Of a stretch of DNA of 64,000 nucleotides, positions 12,011-24,025 are shown one piece after another. The notes beneath the pieces were generated by a model that saw only the letters and a program-made list of their open reading frames with translations, was not told the DNA's origin and made no database searches. Source of the DNA: Felis catus (Eukaryota); contig NC_058368.1 of assembly GCF_018350175.1 (NCBI RefSeq), positions 71,674,001 through 71,738,000 on the forward strand, written 5' to 3'. Each line of letters starts with the position of its first letter. The first letter of the stretch is position 1. The position numbers were made by a program, and so were the translations under genes.

Positions 12011-12879
12011 TCCCAGGATTTACTTGTGTATGGACACACACAGGGACATTGTGTCTGTAAATACAACTGCCCAGCAAAGGGAAGGGTGTGGGCTGCCCTT
12101 AGAAAGGTGAAAGTCACCCAGTTTCTCAAGAAAACTGAGTGGTTGGTTACAAGTCCATGGCTTGTCAGTTTAGTATTGGTGAGTTACACAGGAGTGCTTT
12201 ACAAGCCAACTGCTCTGGTGGGTTTAGGAACAGACTGGACTCATTGAGGTTGTCAGGTTGCATCCAAATTGTAGGGTGAGTCACTCACCGAAAAGGGCTC
12301 AGCTTACCATCAGCTGTTTCTGTGTTCATTCTGGTCCATTACTTTGCCATCCATAATGTCCCATATCATCCAGGCTCAGGGTCAAGCCTGCAAATCATGT
12401 ACGTAGGTTTAAAGCTCAGCAGATGTTTCCTTTATCACTCAAATGATTTAAACCAACAAATTATCTTTAATTGGAATTATACAATTTGGCCATTTTTGTT
12501 GTCTAAATCCAACTAGGTGATTTCCAAGCTCTGTTTTCCAGACTTTAACAAGGGAGATAAGATAGATCCCTGCTTTATATTTATATTTGACTAAATGCAC
12601 TGCTACTTAGTATTATGAGAAAGAGTCCAGCCTCAGTGTCCTTGTGACCCTTCCCGCAGGCCTCCAGCATTGCAAATTCCACACTACAGATAGGAAAACA
12701 TTTGCATCCCTTGAAACTGTAGGTATAATGTGAAATATATATACTGTAGGCATAACATGAAATAAATAACAGAACGAGGAGACTATGTGAGGAGCTTGAA
12801 ATCTAAATAACACTATAAAATCTACTGAAATATTATCAAATTATTCTAGTAAATTAAAAAAAAATCCTCTTTGGCCCCA

Positions 12880-13135
12880 AATAACCTACAACCTAAATCC
12901 AACACTTGTTTTTGTACAGCCCATGACTAATGAGTTTTACATTTTTAAATGCTTGGAAAAAAAAAAGAAAAAAGAATACTTCATGACATATGAAAACTAC
13001 ATGATATAGTTCAATGTTTATAGTCACGATCATTCGTTCATGTAGTCTTTGGTTGCCACCGAGACTGTGTGGTCCACAAAACCTAACACCTACCATCTGC
13101 CTTTTTACAGAAAGAGTTTGTCTACCTTGCCCTAT
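12880..13135. mobile_element. MER58-like hAT MITE
   Basis: ttgtttttgtacagccc...gagactgtgtggtccacaaaacctaa...tttacagaaagagtttg. Confidence 0.6.
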
Positions 13136-14724
13136 AGTTTTTTGTTCTGTTACAATACCTAGCTCTCTTTCTTGTAATAGTTAATTTATATGACTGCCTC
13201 CCTACTGGACTGAGTTTCATGAGAGCAGATTTGTATCCTTTGTCTGAGTTTCCAGCACTTGCCACCATGGTACACAAAATTAGGTATTCAGTAATATTTA
13301 TTTAAGTGAAGTTTACATTTTGGTCATTTTCCCTATGTAAATCTATATAAACTTACCAAAAAGCCTTTGCGGTTCAACACAGCATCCATTAATTAGGCTA
13401 ATTTAGAAAATTTGTGTGCAAAAAAAAAAATGCATTATGCAAATAATTGGATTCCTTTCTTCCATTTCTAAACCTGACTCTAAAAAAATTGTTGTTAAAT
13501 TTGAAAGCAGCGGGGTTATTTTTTTGTCTTCTTTTCATTCTGTCAAGTTATTTTACTTGGTACAACAGATCTCACTGCTAAACAATTCCCATGGCAAAGA
13601 AATTAACGAACAGAGAAAACCAATCTCATGAAGCTATGTTAATTCACATTAAATTCAATCCTGGTATTTCTAGAATTAATGTTTTAAAGATGATGTTCAT
13701 TGCTGTCAGATATTTAAAACTAAGGTGTTGACATTTTCTCCACAAAAGAAATGCAGTATATTTTCTAAAAAGTCTATGGACTTCTCAAGGCAATTGCAGT
13801 TGAAATGGTTTATGCTATTCTTGCCCATTTTCTGGACTTCTAAGAATAAAAAGCCAAGACTAAAGAGATTATATACATAAGATTATTTAGTTTTGGTGAA
13901 TAAATCCCTATTCATGAATAGGAGAATAGTTGTAAGAACTCCCAGAAAAGGTAATATGGCCAATGAAATATGCCATCCACCATGATGGAAGCTAATTACA
14001 TTGCAAAGAACCATTGTCAGGCCACAAACCAATATCTGACCATGTAATATCACTACCATTGTTCTTCCTAAAATCAGAATCAAGTAATTTGGTTCTGCTC
14101 TCCAAACAGTAATTGCATTTAATGGAAAGGAAATAATTGCATTTAAGGGAAATAATGCTTACCTGGTGCCTAGAAATGTAGACATTACAAAATAAAATGT
14201 AGTTTGATTCCCTTGAGCTGTCAATGTAGGAAATGAACACATTTTGAGTGCTGTCATGTGCCTCACACAGTATGACTCTTCTCTCGTTTTAGCCCTTGAG
14301 CAATAGTATGAAGCAGATATTATCATTTCCATTCTACATATGAAATGGCTCCAAGAGGCTAAACAGCCCACTTAAAGGCATGCTTCCAGAAAACCAGAGT
14401 GGCAAGATTTGAACCCATATCCAGGTGAGCCCCAGCCCGTGCTCTTTAACAGGAGGGCTAAAGCAGGGAAGCTGTGTGGTATACACTGGAATGTATGTCA
14501 TCTGGACTGTTTCTTTTATATTTGAACCTTGTGGTTAGAATGACTGATTCTGATGACCAGCCCCATACATGTAGTTCTACCCATGAAGAGGTTTCATATA
14601 CATTATATTTGAGGCTTACTCCTGTGCTGTATGGTAAAGACCTGGTAGAGAATTTTTTCCACTTTACAGATGAAATAGAGAGGTTACATTGCTTGCCCAT
14701 TCTTACTGATGATTTCAAATAGCA

Positions 14725-14728
<4 letters not shown>

Positions 14729-14757
<29 letters not shown>

Positions 14758-14877
14758 GAGTAGGCTTCAAGCCCAGCATGGAGACCAACACCAGGCTTGA
14801 AGTCACAACCCTGAGATCAAGACCTGAGCTGAGATCATGAGTCAGACGCTTAACACAGTGAACCACCCAGGCACCCC
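14729..14877 (-). mobile_element. Short Can-SINE with long A tail
   Basis: TSD aaatagca(g/a)c. Confidence 0.9.
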
Positions 14878-15244
14878 AAATAGCAACATTTTTTAGTAGT
14901 CAGTGCTCTTCAGAACAAGATTTCTCAGTAAGAAAACAGCAGTCAGCCACTGAAGGGGAGTATCTGACATTGACTTCAGTGTGTCCATGGGAGGAATGTG
15001 GTTTCCTGCTCACTTTGCAGCTAGCCTAGTCTGTGCTATCTTGGCATGATGAGTGGCAGAGGAGAAGTTTCCGTTTTCAGTCCAAGATACTTTTTAATTT
15101 CAAAATATTTTGAAGGACTAGAAGCCTTGAAAACATTTTATTTCCACAAAGGTGTTGGCATTTCAAACATTGTTACATTTCACAGCAATTTTTTTAATGA
15201 CCATTTATATCAGCACTCACAGCATCTCACTTTTATAACTTTTT

Positions 15245-15456
15245 AAAAAATTATTTACGTTTATTTATTTATTTTTGAGAGAGTGAGAGAGAACAAGCAG
15301 GGGAGAGGCAGAGAGAAGGAGAGATAGAATCCCAAGCAGGCTTCGCACCATCAGCACAGAGCCCAACACAGGGCTCGAACTCCTGAACTGTGAGATTATG
15401 ACCTGAGCTGAGATCAAGAGTCAGACGTTTAAGGGACTGAGTCACCCAGGCACCCC
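15245..15456 (-). mobile_element. Can-SINE
   Basis: TSD tcacttttataactttt. Confidence 0.92.
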
Positions 15457-16109
15457 TCACTTTTATAACTTTTTATAATGGACCTCTGTCTAAGATTTAA
15501 GTTTTTTTAGAAAAAAAGGGTTAAGCGTCTAGGGATGTTTGAAGTCCACTGGTGTAGCCCAACCCTCTTATCTTGTAGAGGAGAAATTAATGACAAAGTA
15601 GCAACCACCATGATTTTTATTAGAAGCACCGGAGACATGCAGTAGTTCAGTGGTTCACTCCAGGTTCATGCTAACTAATGGCAGGTTGGAAATGTTGGTA
15701 ACTAACTAAATCCTTGAAGCTTAAAAAACAAAATGACTTATGCCTTGAAGTTGGCCCGAGGACAATCTCACACTCGTGGGCTCTGTTCTTTCTACTTTAT
15801 CACCTTGTTTGCTGATGTCTGTAGATGCCTAGACATAAACTCTAAAAGCTATCATCCATTTACTTTATCAGAAAGTTCTAGAAATGAGTAGTTTTGATTT
15901 TCTCCAAGATAAATCTCAAGTCCAGCCATCAAAATGAATGTTATAGGAATGTAGCTGATGAGACAAATCTGTTTTTAAAAGATAGACGAAAGTGCAATTT
16001 GAATCTACAAGGAAAAACGTTTTCTCAAACACTTATCACCAAGTTGGAAGCAGAAAAGGATCACCAAGTTGGTCTGTGAAAAATGCCACATATTTAAAAA
16101 TAAAATTAT

Positions 16110-16320
16110 GTGGCACCTGGGTGGCTTGGTCGGTTAAGCATCTGATTCTTGATTTCAGCTCAGGTCATGATCTCAACGGTTCATGAGTTTGAGTCTGGTA
16201 TTGGGCCCCACACTGATGCAAGGAGCCTGCTTGGGATTCTCTGTCTCCCTCTCTGCCCTTCCCCTGCTCTCTCTTTCTCTCTCTCTCAAAATAAAAAAAT
16301 AAAAAAATAAAAATAAAATT
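16110..16320 (+). mobile_element. Can-SINE
   Basis: Head, CT tract, A-rich tail. Confidence 0.9.
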
Positions 16321-16421
16321 ATTAGACATGCAGGATGCTCAAGGCAGTTTTGATAAACAGTGTAACAGATTTAAAGTACTTGCTAAATGAGTCAGAACGT
16401 AGCGCTAAAAATATAAATCTG

Positions 16422-16633
16422 AGGGATGCTTGGGTGGCTCAGTTTGTTGAGTGTCTAACTTCAGCTCAGGTCATGATCTTGCGGTTTGTGAGTTCGAGCC
16501 CCACTTCAGACTCTGTGCTGACAGCTAAGAGCCTGGAGCCTGCTTCAGATTGTGTCTCTCTCTCTCTCTCTCTGCCCCTCCCCTGCTCATGCTCTGTCTC
16601 TCTCTCTCAAAAATAAATATATTTTTTTAAAAA
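16422..16633 (+). mobile_element. Can-SINE
   Basis: Head, CT tract, tail. Confidence 0.9.
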
Positions 16634-17139
16634 ACCAGGGTTACTCAACTCTGGGATCCCTCTATTTGGGTCAATATGGTAGGTGCCTCCCCTTATCCAT
16701 GTACAATATGGCTGACCCTTCAATGGAGTTTCTGCCTCAATATACTCTTCCCTTCCTGTGGATGCCTGGTGAAGCTTTCACTATAAATATGGGGCTCAAA
16801 GGAGAAGGCAGAGGTAACCGAACCAATATCTGTTCCTGTGAAATAGAAAATTCATCTTGATTGTATATTTCATTGCCTCCAGGAAAAACAGATTCCCCAA
16901 CTGATGGAGAATTTTGAACTTGGACAGCTACAAATGTAGAAGATGCAAATGCCTGACCAAGGGGCCTGTGGGCTGAGAGAAGTCCCCTGGAAAGGGGGCT
17001 GGGAACCGTTCTTAAGGCAGACGTAACGTAAACTGAAGCTCCCCGGGGGCAGGGATCCCCCTTGTTTTCACTTTCGATGGTATCCCCAGCAGCAGGCACA
17101 GTTGGTGCTCAAGAAAATATTTGAGACAAATAGTAACAT

Positions 17140-17440
17140 GAGAGTAGCACAAGAGATCCTTGTAGAGGGATTGTTCTATATCCTGACTGTGGTGACCACA
17201 CAAATCTACACATGATAAAGTGTCATAGAGCTAAATATGCAAATGAGTGCATACAAAACTGGTGAAATCTGAATAAGGTTGGTAGATGTATCAATGCCAA
17301 TTTCCTGCCTGTGATATTGTACTACAGTCATGCAAGATGTCACCATTGGAGGAAACTGGGTGTAGAGAGTATTGGGATCTCTATATTATTTCTTACAGCT
17401 GCATGTGAATTGACCATGGCCTCCAAATAAAAAGTAGTAA
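17140..17440 (+). mobile_element. Old LINE-1 3' end (L1MC-like)
   Basis: aaaactggtgaaatctgaataagg...caagatgtcaccattggaggaaactggg. Confidence 0.7.
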
Positions 17441-18389
17441 TGTGAGAGTAAAAACAATCTAAGATGGGTGACAACAATTCAGAATGTAGTAGGATGGGAG
17501 TCAAGAGAGATGGGCTTTGAAAAGCTAGACCCTGTTTGAAAGAGAGAGGCCCTTAAGAGAGGAGGCACACTAGTCAAAAAGACAGACATGTGTGTGGAAA
17601 TCTAGGGGTGGAAGCTCACCAGATGGGGATAAAGAGTATGGAGAGCTGTAAGTTTAGTGCTACTTGGTCAGGTGGGGGGAATGCATGATGGGCCCCAAAA
17701 TACAAATCACAAAATTGGGACCAATGTGTTGTAGAGTGAAAGGGGCTCCAGTGACCCGAACATCTGCTGGACACCATATTTGGCAGGGCCTCTGTCAAGA
17801 TTCTGGCTTGCCTTACTGATGATTTTCATTCCCAAACTGGGGTTTGGCCAAGCATACAAATGTACAAATGTGTCTATATCTGTCACTATGTGGAACTTGT
17901 TACATGCATGGACTTGATTTCCTCTTGTCTAGAGCTAAACTCCAACCAGTCTGAGGTCCTGACTGTTGGCTTCTATGTGTAACCGTATGGGAACACAGGC
18001 ATTCCCTCACCACTCTCCTTCTACCCATCACCAATTGATTCCTGAGCATTTCTTAGGTCAGTTCCCATGTCTCCAACTTCACTGCCACTTGGCTACAGCA
18101 AGCCCCCTCATCCCTCCCCTGGCCACATGGAGTAGTCTCTTCACTGGTTTGCCTCCTTACAATTTTGTCTCCACTGACAGCCCAAGTGATCTTTTCAAAA
18201 TAGACATCTGGTCATGTTGCCCCCCGCCCCCCACCCTGCTTTGCAGTGTCCCATGGTTAAGGACCATCTGGTCCTGGTCACTTTTACCTGCTCCAGCAAG
18301 TGCCCCTCCCCCTTCCCCTTGGACTTTGTTCAGCAAGTACTTTAGCTTTCTCAAGGAAGGGCCTTTGCATGTGGGTTTTCTTATGTATG

Positions 18390-18592
18390 CAGTCCAGGTT
18401 TTCTCAACCTTGGCACTACTGACACTTTGGGCCAGATCATTTTCTTTGGTGGGGGCTGTCCTGTGTATTGTAGGATGTGTAATTGTAACATCCTCCCACT
18501 CACTGTCAGTTCTGACAACCAAAAACATCTCTGGGCATTGCCAACTGTCTCCTGTGAGTAAAATCTCCTGTGAGTGAGAACTACTGACCTAG
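18390..18592. mobile_element. MER20 hAT MITE
   Basis: ttctcaaccttggcactactgacactttgggccagat...gacaaccaaaaacatctc. Confidence 0.75.
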
Positions 18593-19278
18593 AGTGATCT
18601 TATTCCCCTCTGCCTTTCAAATCTCAGTTCAAAAGCCACCTCAGGGAACCCCTTCCTGACTATTCAGGCAAGATCCGGTCTCCCTCTTCTATCATTAATT
18701 ATATGACTACGTGATAATTATAGCTTCTCACTGTACTATCCCCTACATGAAGGCAAAGGGTCATACCCACTTCTGCTCACCACTGTATTCCCTCTGCCTA
18801 GGAGAGTATCTGGCACACAGCAGGCACTTAGATTTGTTGACTGAGGGAATGAATGTATTTAAGGTCAAATCCGTTTGCTGCAAAAATCTACACCCTTCTC
18901 CAAAATTCCAATCTGTCATTTTTTGAGGGTCTCCTGGGCCAAGTACTTCATTAGGGTGAGGGAGGCTGTATTATCTCCATTTTACAGATGAGAAACTGGG
19001 GCTTAAGCAATGCTAAATGCCTTGCCTATGACATCACAGTGGGAGAACCAAGACCCAAGTCTGGGTTTTCTCACCCCAAAGTCTAAGCTGAAGGATGTGA
19101 ATACAGACATAGATGTCCACTGCTGTGCTATGGGGCTCAACCTTTTATTCTGCATGATATTTTAAGTCAGTCATTTGAAATAGAATAAATGTAAAGACCA
19201 TGCTTAATAAATAGGGTAGAATCAGAACCCCAGAGAGCCCCATCAAGGCAGTAGGCTAAGTCTAAGGATGAAACTTTT

Positions 19279-19892
19279 TAAATTTATTTATTTTTGAAGT
19301 TTATTTATTTTGAGAGAATCCCAAGAAGGTTCCACACCATCAGCACAGAGCCTGACATGGGGCTCAAACTCACCAACCGTGAGATCATGACCTATACCAA
19401 AACCAAGAGTTGGGTTCTTAACTGACTGAGCCACCTAGTTACCCCAAAACATTTTTTACAATTTTTAAAAATGTTTTTATTTATTTTTGAAGGAGAGAGA
19501 GAGAGAGAGAGAGACAGAGCATGAGCAGGGGAGGAGCAGAGAGAGAGGGAGACACAGAAATCGAAGCAGGCTCCAGGCTCTAAGCTGTCAGCACAGAGCC
19601 CGATGCGGGGCTCGAACCCATGAACTGTGAGATCATGACTCGAGCCAAAGTCAGACGCTCAACCGACTGAGCCACCCAGGCGCCCTGTACCACAAAACTT
19701 TTTAAATGTTTACTTTTGAAAGAGAGAGAGAGAAATAGTGGGGCAGGGGCAGAGAGAGAGGGAGACAGAGGATTCGAAGTGAGCTCCATGTTGACAGCAG
19801 TGAGCCCAATGGGGAGCTTGAACTCACGAACCTTGAGATCATACTCTGAGCCAAAGTTGGATGCTTAACTGACTGAGCTACTCAAGTGCCCC
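19279..19892 (-). mobile_element. Three tandem Can-SINEs (19279-19445, ~19455-19685, ~19698-19892)
   Basis: Three SINE heads in the same orientation; outer direct repeat taaggatgaaactttt. Confidence 0.92.
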
Positions 19893-19977
19893 TAAGGATG
19901 AAACTTTTAAGGACTACTGGAAGGCTGAATATAAACAGGGAAGAAATGTAGCAAACAGAGGACAACCACAAACTGCC

Positions 19978-19979
<2 letters not shown>

Positions 19980-20023
<44 letters not shown>
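19980..20023. repeat. (TG)n microsatellite
   Basis: About 21 perfect TG units. Confidence 0.97.
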
Positions 20024-20024
<1 letters not shown>

Positions 20025-20999
20025 TCTCACCATTAGGGAGCTATAGGATGATGGTCAGGCTCTCAGATTTCTCAACCTGGACACTCCTCCCATGTCTGTT
20101 TTGACAACCACCCCCCGCCCCCTCACCCCACCTCCTACTGTGATCAGCACTGAAAACATTAAAATAAAATAAGAGGGGAAATGAGAGACAGACTCCCACT
20201 TCCCGCTTGTTGGGAAGGAAACCCAAGAAGCAGAGGGTGGCCACCTCAAGGTGGAGAGAAAAGGGCCAGCGCCAGCATGATGCACTTCCAAGATCTGCGG
20301 AGACAGAAGACTGCCTGAAGTATCAATCAAATTAATGACTGTTTTCTCTGCAGAGAAGACAGCCATAATGGAAATCCTGAGAGATGGGGCACTGGAAGCT
20401 AAGGGGATTCCTTCTGTAGGCAGGGGTCCCGGATGTGCATGTCTTGGTTTGACACTAAAGTTTTAGTATTGGTAGGAAAAAAACTCCTGAAGGAGCTTTT
20501 ACAAGAAATATTTTTCTTTACTCTCAAAAGGCAAGTACTGTTATAAAGAAAGAAATTTGCTTTCAAAACAAAGATCGACAAGCATATAGTGCATCTATTA
20601 TCTGTTGAGCTAAGCACTGTAGGAACATAAATAAGAATAAGACAGCTCCCGCCCCTAAGAGATCTATAAATTGTTACTGTTATTTTGGGACCATTTAAAA
20701 AATGTTTGAAACACAGCACTTCCTTTTCTGATGTATGTCACACACCAGTACTTTCTTTCCTGATGTACCTCAACCATCATAAGTCACAATTTCTAAATTA
20801 CAATTCATTGCAGATCTGCTCCCCAAAATGTGAGTGTAGAGAATTAAATTCATCTCATTGTGGATCCGTTCATCCCATTCTCTAAACTTGGATAGAGGAC
20901 AATTGTATTAAATGGTCTCTAACACCAAAGAGAAGCCACATATGAAAAAGGATGAATTGGTCACTTGGATTTCATTTTAAGGGAAAGGAAGACACAAAG

Positions 21000-22148
21000 T
21001 TCATGAACTTGAAAATCACCTATTAAGAAGGCAATACATTTTTATACCAGCCTGTGTAATAATTTTACTGCATAAGATATTATAGAGGTTGCATAAAGCA
21101 TTAGGTCAACACCATATACAGAAGAATAAAGCAAAAAGGATTATCTTGACCAAATAAAATAGAAAAAAAATTCAATTCTTAAAAATACCACAAATTCCCC
21201 AAATGTGGCTCTTTTTAAGACAAAATCTACCTCTTGCATTTCCTGAATATAGTAATGACTGTGGTTCCATTAAGCCGAACAGAACACTGCCTTATAGCTA
21301 AAAACTTAAAAAAAGCAACTTACAGAGATATGTAACCCTCTTAATACTGTATATAACAAAAACAAAAACATCAGGCTGACTGCCTGCTTTTGCCTAAAGC
21401 ATGGCTTGAATTTACTATTAATACTAACAGCTTATATAGAATGTGAATACTACATAATTTCCTTTGTCATGAAGCTGCACAAATCGGAGAATCCAAAAAT
21501 GATTGCAGGAGTGAGTCTTCCAATGATGGGAAAGTATATAAATATACTAGATGTTAAAATTTCCATTCTTCATTCAATTATTTGCCCTGTTTAAAACATA
21601 AAAATACAAATAAATATATTTCCTTACAAGGGAAATTCATAGTCTATTGTTAAAAAAAGATAAAGAAACAAAAATCTTAATTTACTTTTTCTTGTCATTA
21701 AATAAAAATTCTAATATACAGACATATTCGATATTTATATAAACCGTGGGAGTCCATTTATGATTTCTTGTTCACAACTGACATTTAATAGTGTTAGTCT
21801 CTGTACAACGTGGCTCACACCCCATATGCAGGTTTAATTTTACATTCTGCTCCACCTAATTTTTTTTTCTCTTTTTTTCTTTTTAATTAAAAAAGATTTC
21901 ATTTTTGGAATTTTAGGATTTACATTTGAGTCGTCTGAAAAAATACAATTTCAATGCAAAAACCACATCGAGCATTCAAGAAGAGTATACTGCTGGTGCT
22001 GTAATCTTTTTGCGTGTCTTTTTGCGTGTTTTCATAGAAAAAAAAACAGTCAAATAAACAACATGTAGGACTTTTAAATGGTTAAACACAACCATATCTT
22101 ATTAATGATACGCCTCATGCACACAAACAAAAAATGAAGGAAAAAGGA
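21000..22148 (-). other. TMTC4: TMTC4 3' UTR (3' end uncertain)
   Basis: Repeat-free AT-rich sequence after the stop. I saw no canonical AATAAA. Variant signals: ATTAAA (~21784, ~21833, ~21882), AGTAAA (~21064, ~21411), TATAAA (~21041). Confidence 0.55.
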
Positions 22149-22297
22149 TCAGACGTCTTTCTTTTGCTTTTGTTCTAGCTTTCTTCTTAATAGACTATAA
22201 TTCTCCTTAGTTCCTGATGCAGTGGGGTCAAGCTGCAGAGAGATTTCATAGTGTTTTTTGGCCAAGTCTAGATGTCCCCAACGATGATAAAGCACAG
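22149..22297 (-). CDS. TMTC4: TMTC4 last coding exon (VLYHRWGHLDLAKKHYEISLQLDPTASGTKENYSLLRRKLEQKQKKDV*)
   Basis: Acceptor CTATTTCAG; TGA stop at 22149-22151. Confidence 0.96.
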
Positions 22298-22370
22298 CTG
22301 AAATAGCAAGAGAGGGATTTCATTGGAAATGCTTCTGAATACCTTACAGTATTCCCAACCACTTGTGCCA

Positions 22371-22372
<2 letters not shown>

Positions 22373-22419
<47 letters not shown>
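22373..22419. repeat. (CA)n microsatellite in the last TMTC4 intron
   Basis: About 23 perfect AC units. Confidence 0.97.
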
Positions 22420-22426
<7 letters not shown>

Positions 22427-23063
22427 AAAATCATTGTTTCAAATAATATTGTTTGTGCCGCAAACTTTATTTAATAACCACACTCCCTGGTGATTGTTTA
22501 ACCACCTCCCGTTACTCCTGGGGTTCTGCAGATCACTAGATATGACCCATCTTCTTACAGCAACATTATTACATAAAGAAGGAAACTAAGATTACATCAA
22601 GGTTCTCAAAGTTGCCATGAAAGTTCCAGGAAGTCAGGCTGCATATGGCTGGGCTCTGGTATGTCTCAGGGCCCCGACCATGCGCCAAGTCCAGCATCTG
22701 AATAATGATTCCCCTACATCTTTTGTCAAAATACCAGCTTGTTTGTTGCTAGCTAGGAATAAGGGCACTCACATCAAGATCTGACCATAAAATGATAGTT
22801 AAAATCTATTAGAATGGTAAGTGTCTGATTATTATCATGATTTTGTAAGTGAAACTAATTTTTTACATGGGCGAAAGAGTAACTATTGCTGCTTTGTGAC
22901 TTTCATGATGAGTAGCTACAGAGTCTGTAGGGAACTGATTTGGTGAAAACATAGTCACATGCTGAGCATTCTAAGCATTGACATGACACTCTAAAAATGG
23001 TAATTATTGAGATATAAAAATGGAAAAAGGAATTCTAGAGAATAAATAATTGTAAATGCACCT

Positions 23064-23302
23064 TAATTTTATTTTGTTTTTTTATAACCTTTTGAAAAAA
23101 AATCTTTCTTCATTTTGAGAGAGAGAGAGACAGAATGTGAGTGGGGAAGGGGCAGAGAGAGAGGGAGACACAGAATCTGAAGCAGGCTCCAGGCTCTGAG
23201 CTGTCAGCACAGAGCCTGATGTGTGGCTCGAACCCATGAACTGTGAGATCATGACCTGAGCCAAAGTCAGACGCTTAAAGGACTGAGCCACCTAGGCGCC
23301 CC
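23064..23302 (-). mobile_element. Can-SINE
   Basis: TSD tgtaaatgcac. Confidence 0.92.
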
Positions 23303-23611
23303 TGTAAATGCACTTTTAGCAGAGACCTAAGAGAACATAAGAACACAGTGGAGACCAGGCTATAATGGAAGGTCCTCTATGGAATAAAGGAAAGGATGTA
23401 AGTTAGACCAGAAACTTCCAAAGTAGTTGTGTTTAACATTCTAGGATCTTTCACACAAAGAAAGAAACTCGAAGTTTATCATAAGAAGGGGATAAACTGA
23501 GTGGGGAATTTTGGGTGTTGGTCTGGTCATACAGTTACAACTTATACATAGGACTACTATTTTGGTACCTTTTTAATGTAATAATTTCTTTAAAAAAACA
23601 CACATCTTAGA

Positions 23612-23810
23612 GGGGCACCTGGGCGGCTCAGTCAGTTAAGCATCTGACTCTTGATCTCGACTCAGATCATGATCTCATGGTTTGTGGGATTGAGCCCCAC
23701 ATGGGGCTGACAGCACGAAGAATGCTTGGGACCCTGTCCCTCCCTCTTTGCTTGCTCTCTCTCTCTCTCTCTCTCTCTCTCAAAATAAATAAATAAACTT
23801 AAAAAAAAAA
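23612..23810 (+). mobile_element. Can-SINE
   Basis: TSD cacatcttaga. Confidence 0.92.
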
Positions 23811-23955
23811 CCCACATCTTAGAACCAGATTATAAAGACCAATGCAGGCTAGATTTGTTAAAAACTACTTTCTCTACATTGATATTACAGAATGCACCCA
23901 TTTCTTTAAACTTACACGGACTTTTGATATGATTCAAATTGAAAATTTTCCTTAC

Positions 23956-24025
23956 CCAAATTGCCATGGTAACTTGCAGCATTTGGATGAGCTTTAATTG
24001 CTTTGAGGAATAAAGCTTCAGATTC
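23956..24025 (-). CDS. TMTC4: TMTC4 coding exon (ESEALFLKAIKAHPNAASYHGNL)
   Basis: 70 nt, phase 0/1; acceptor TTCTTCAG, donor TGG|GTAAGG. Confidence 0.95.

Noticed and set aside
17966..18577. 203-aa plus-strand ORF
   Set aside because: Runs through old repeat-like sequence and MER20; non-ATG start; no homology recognised
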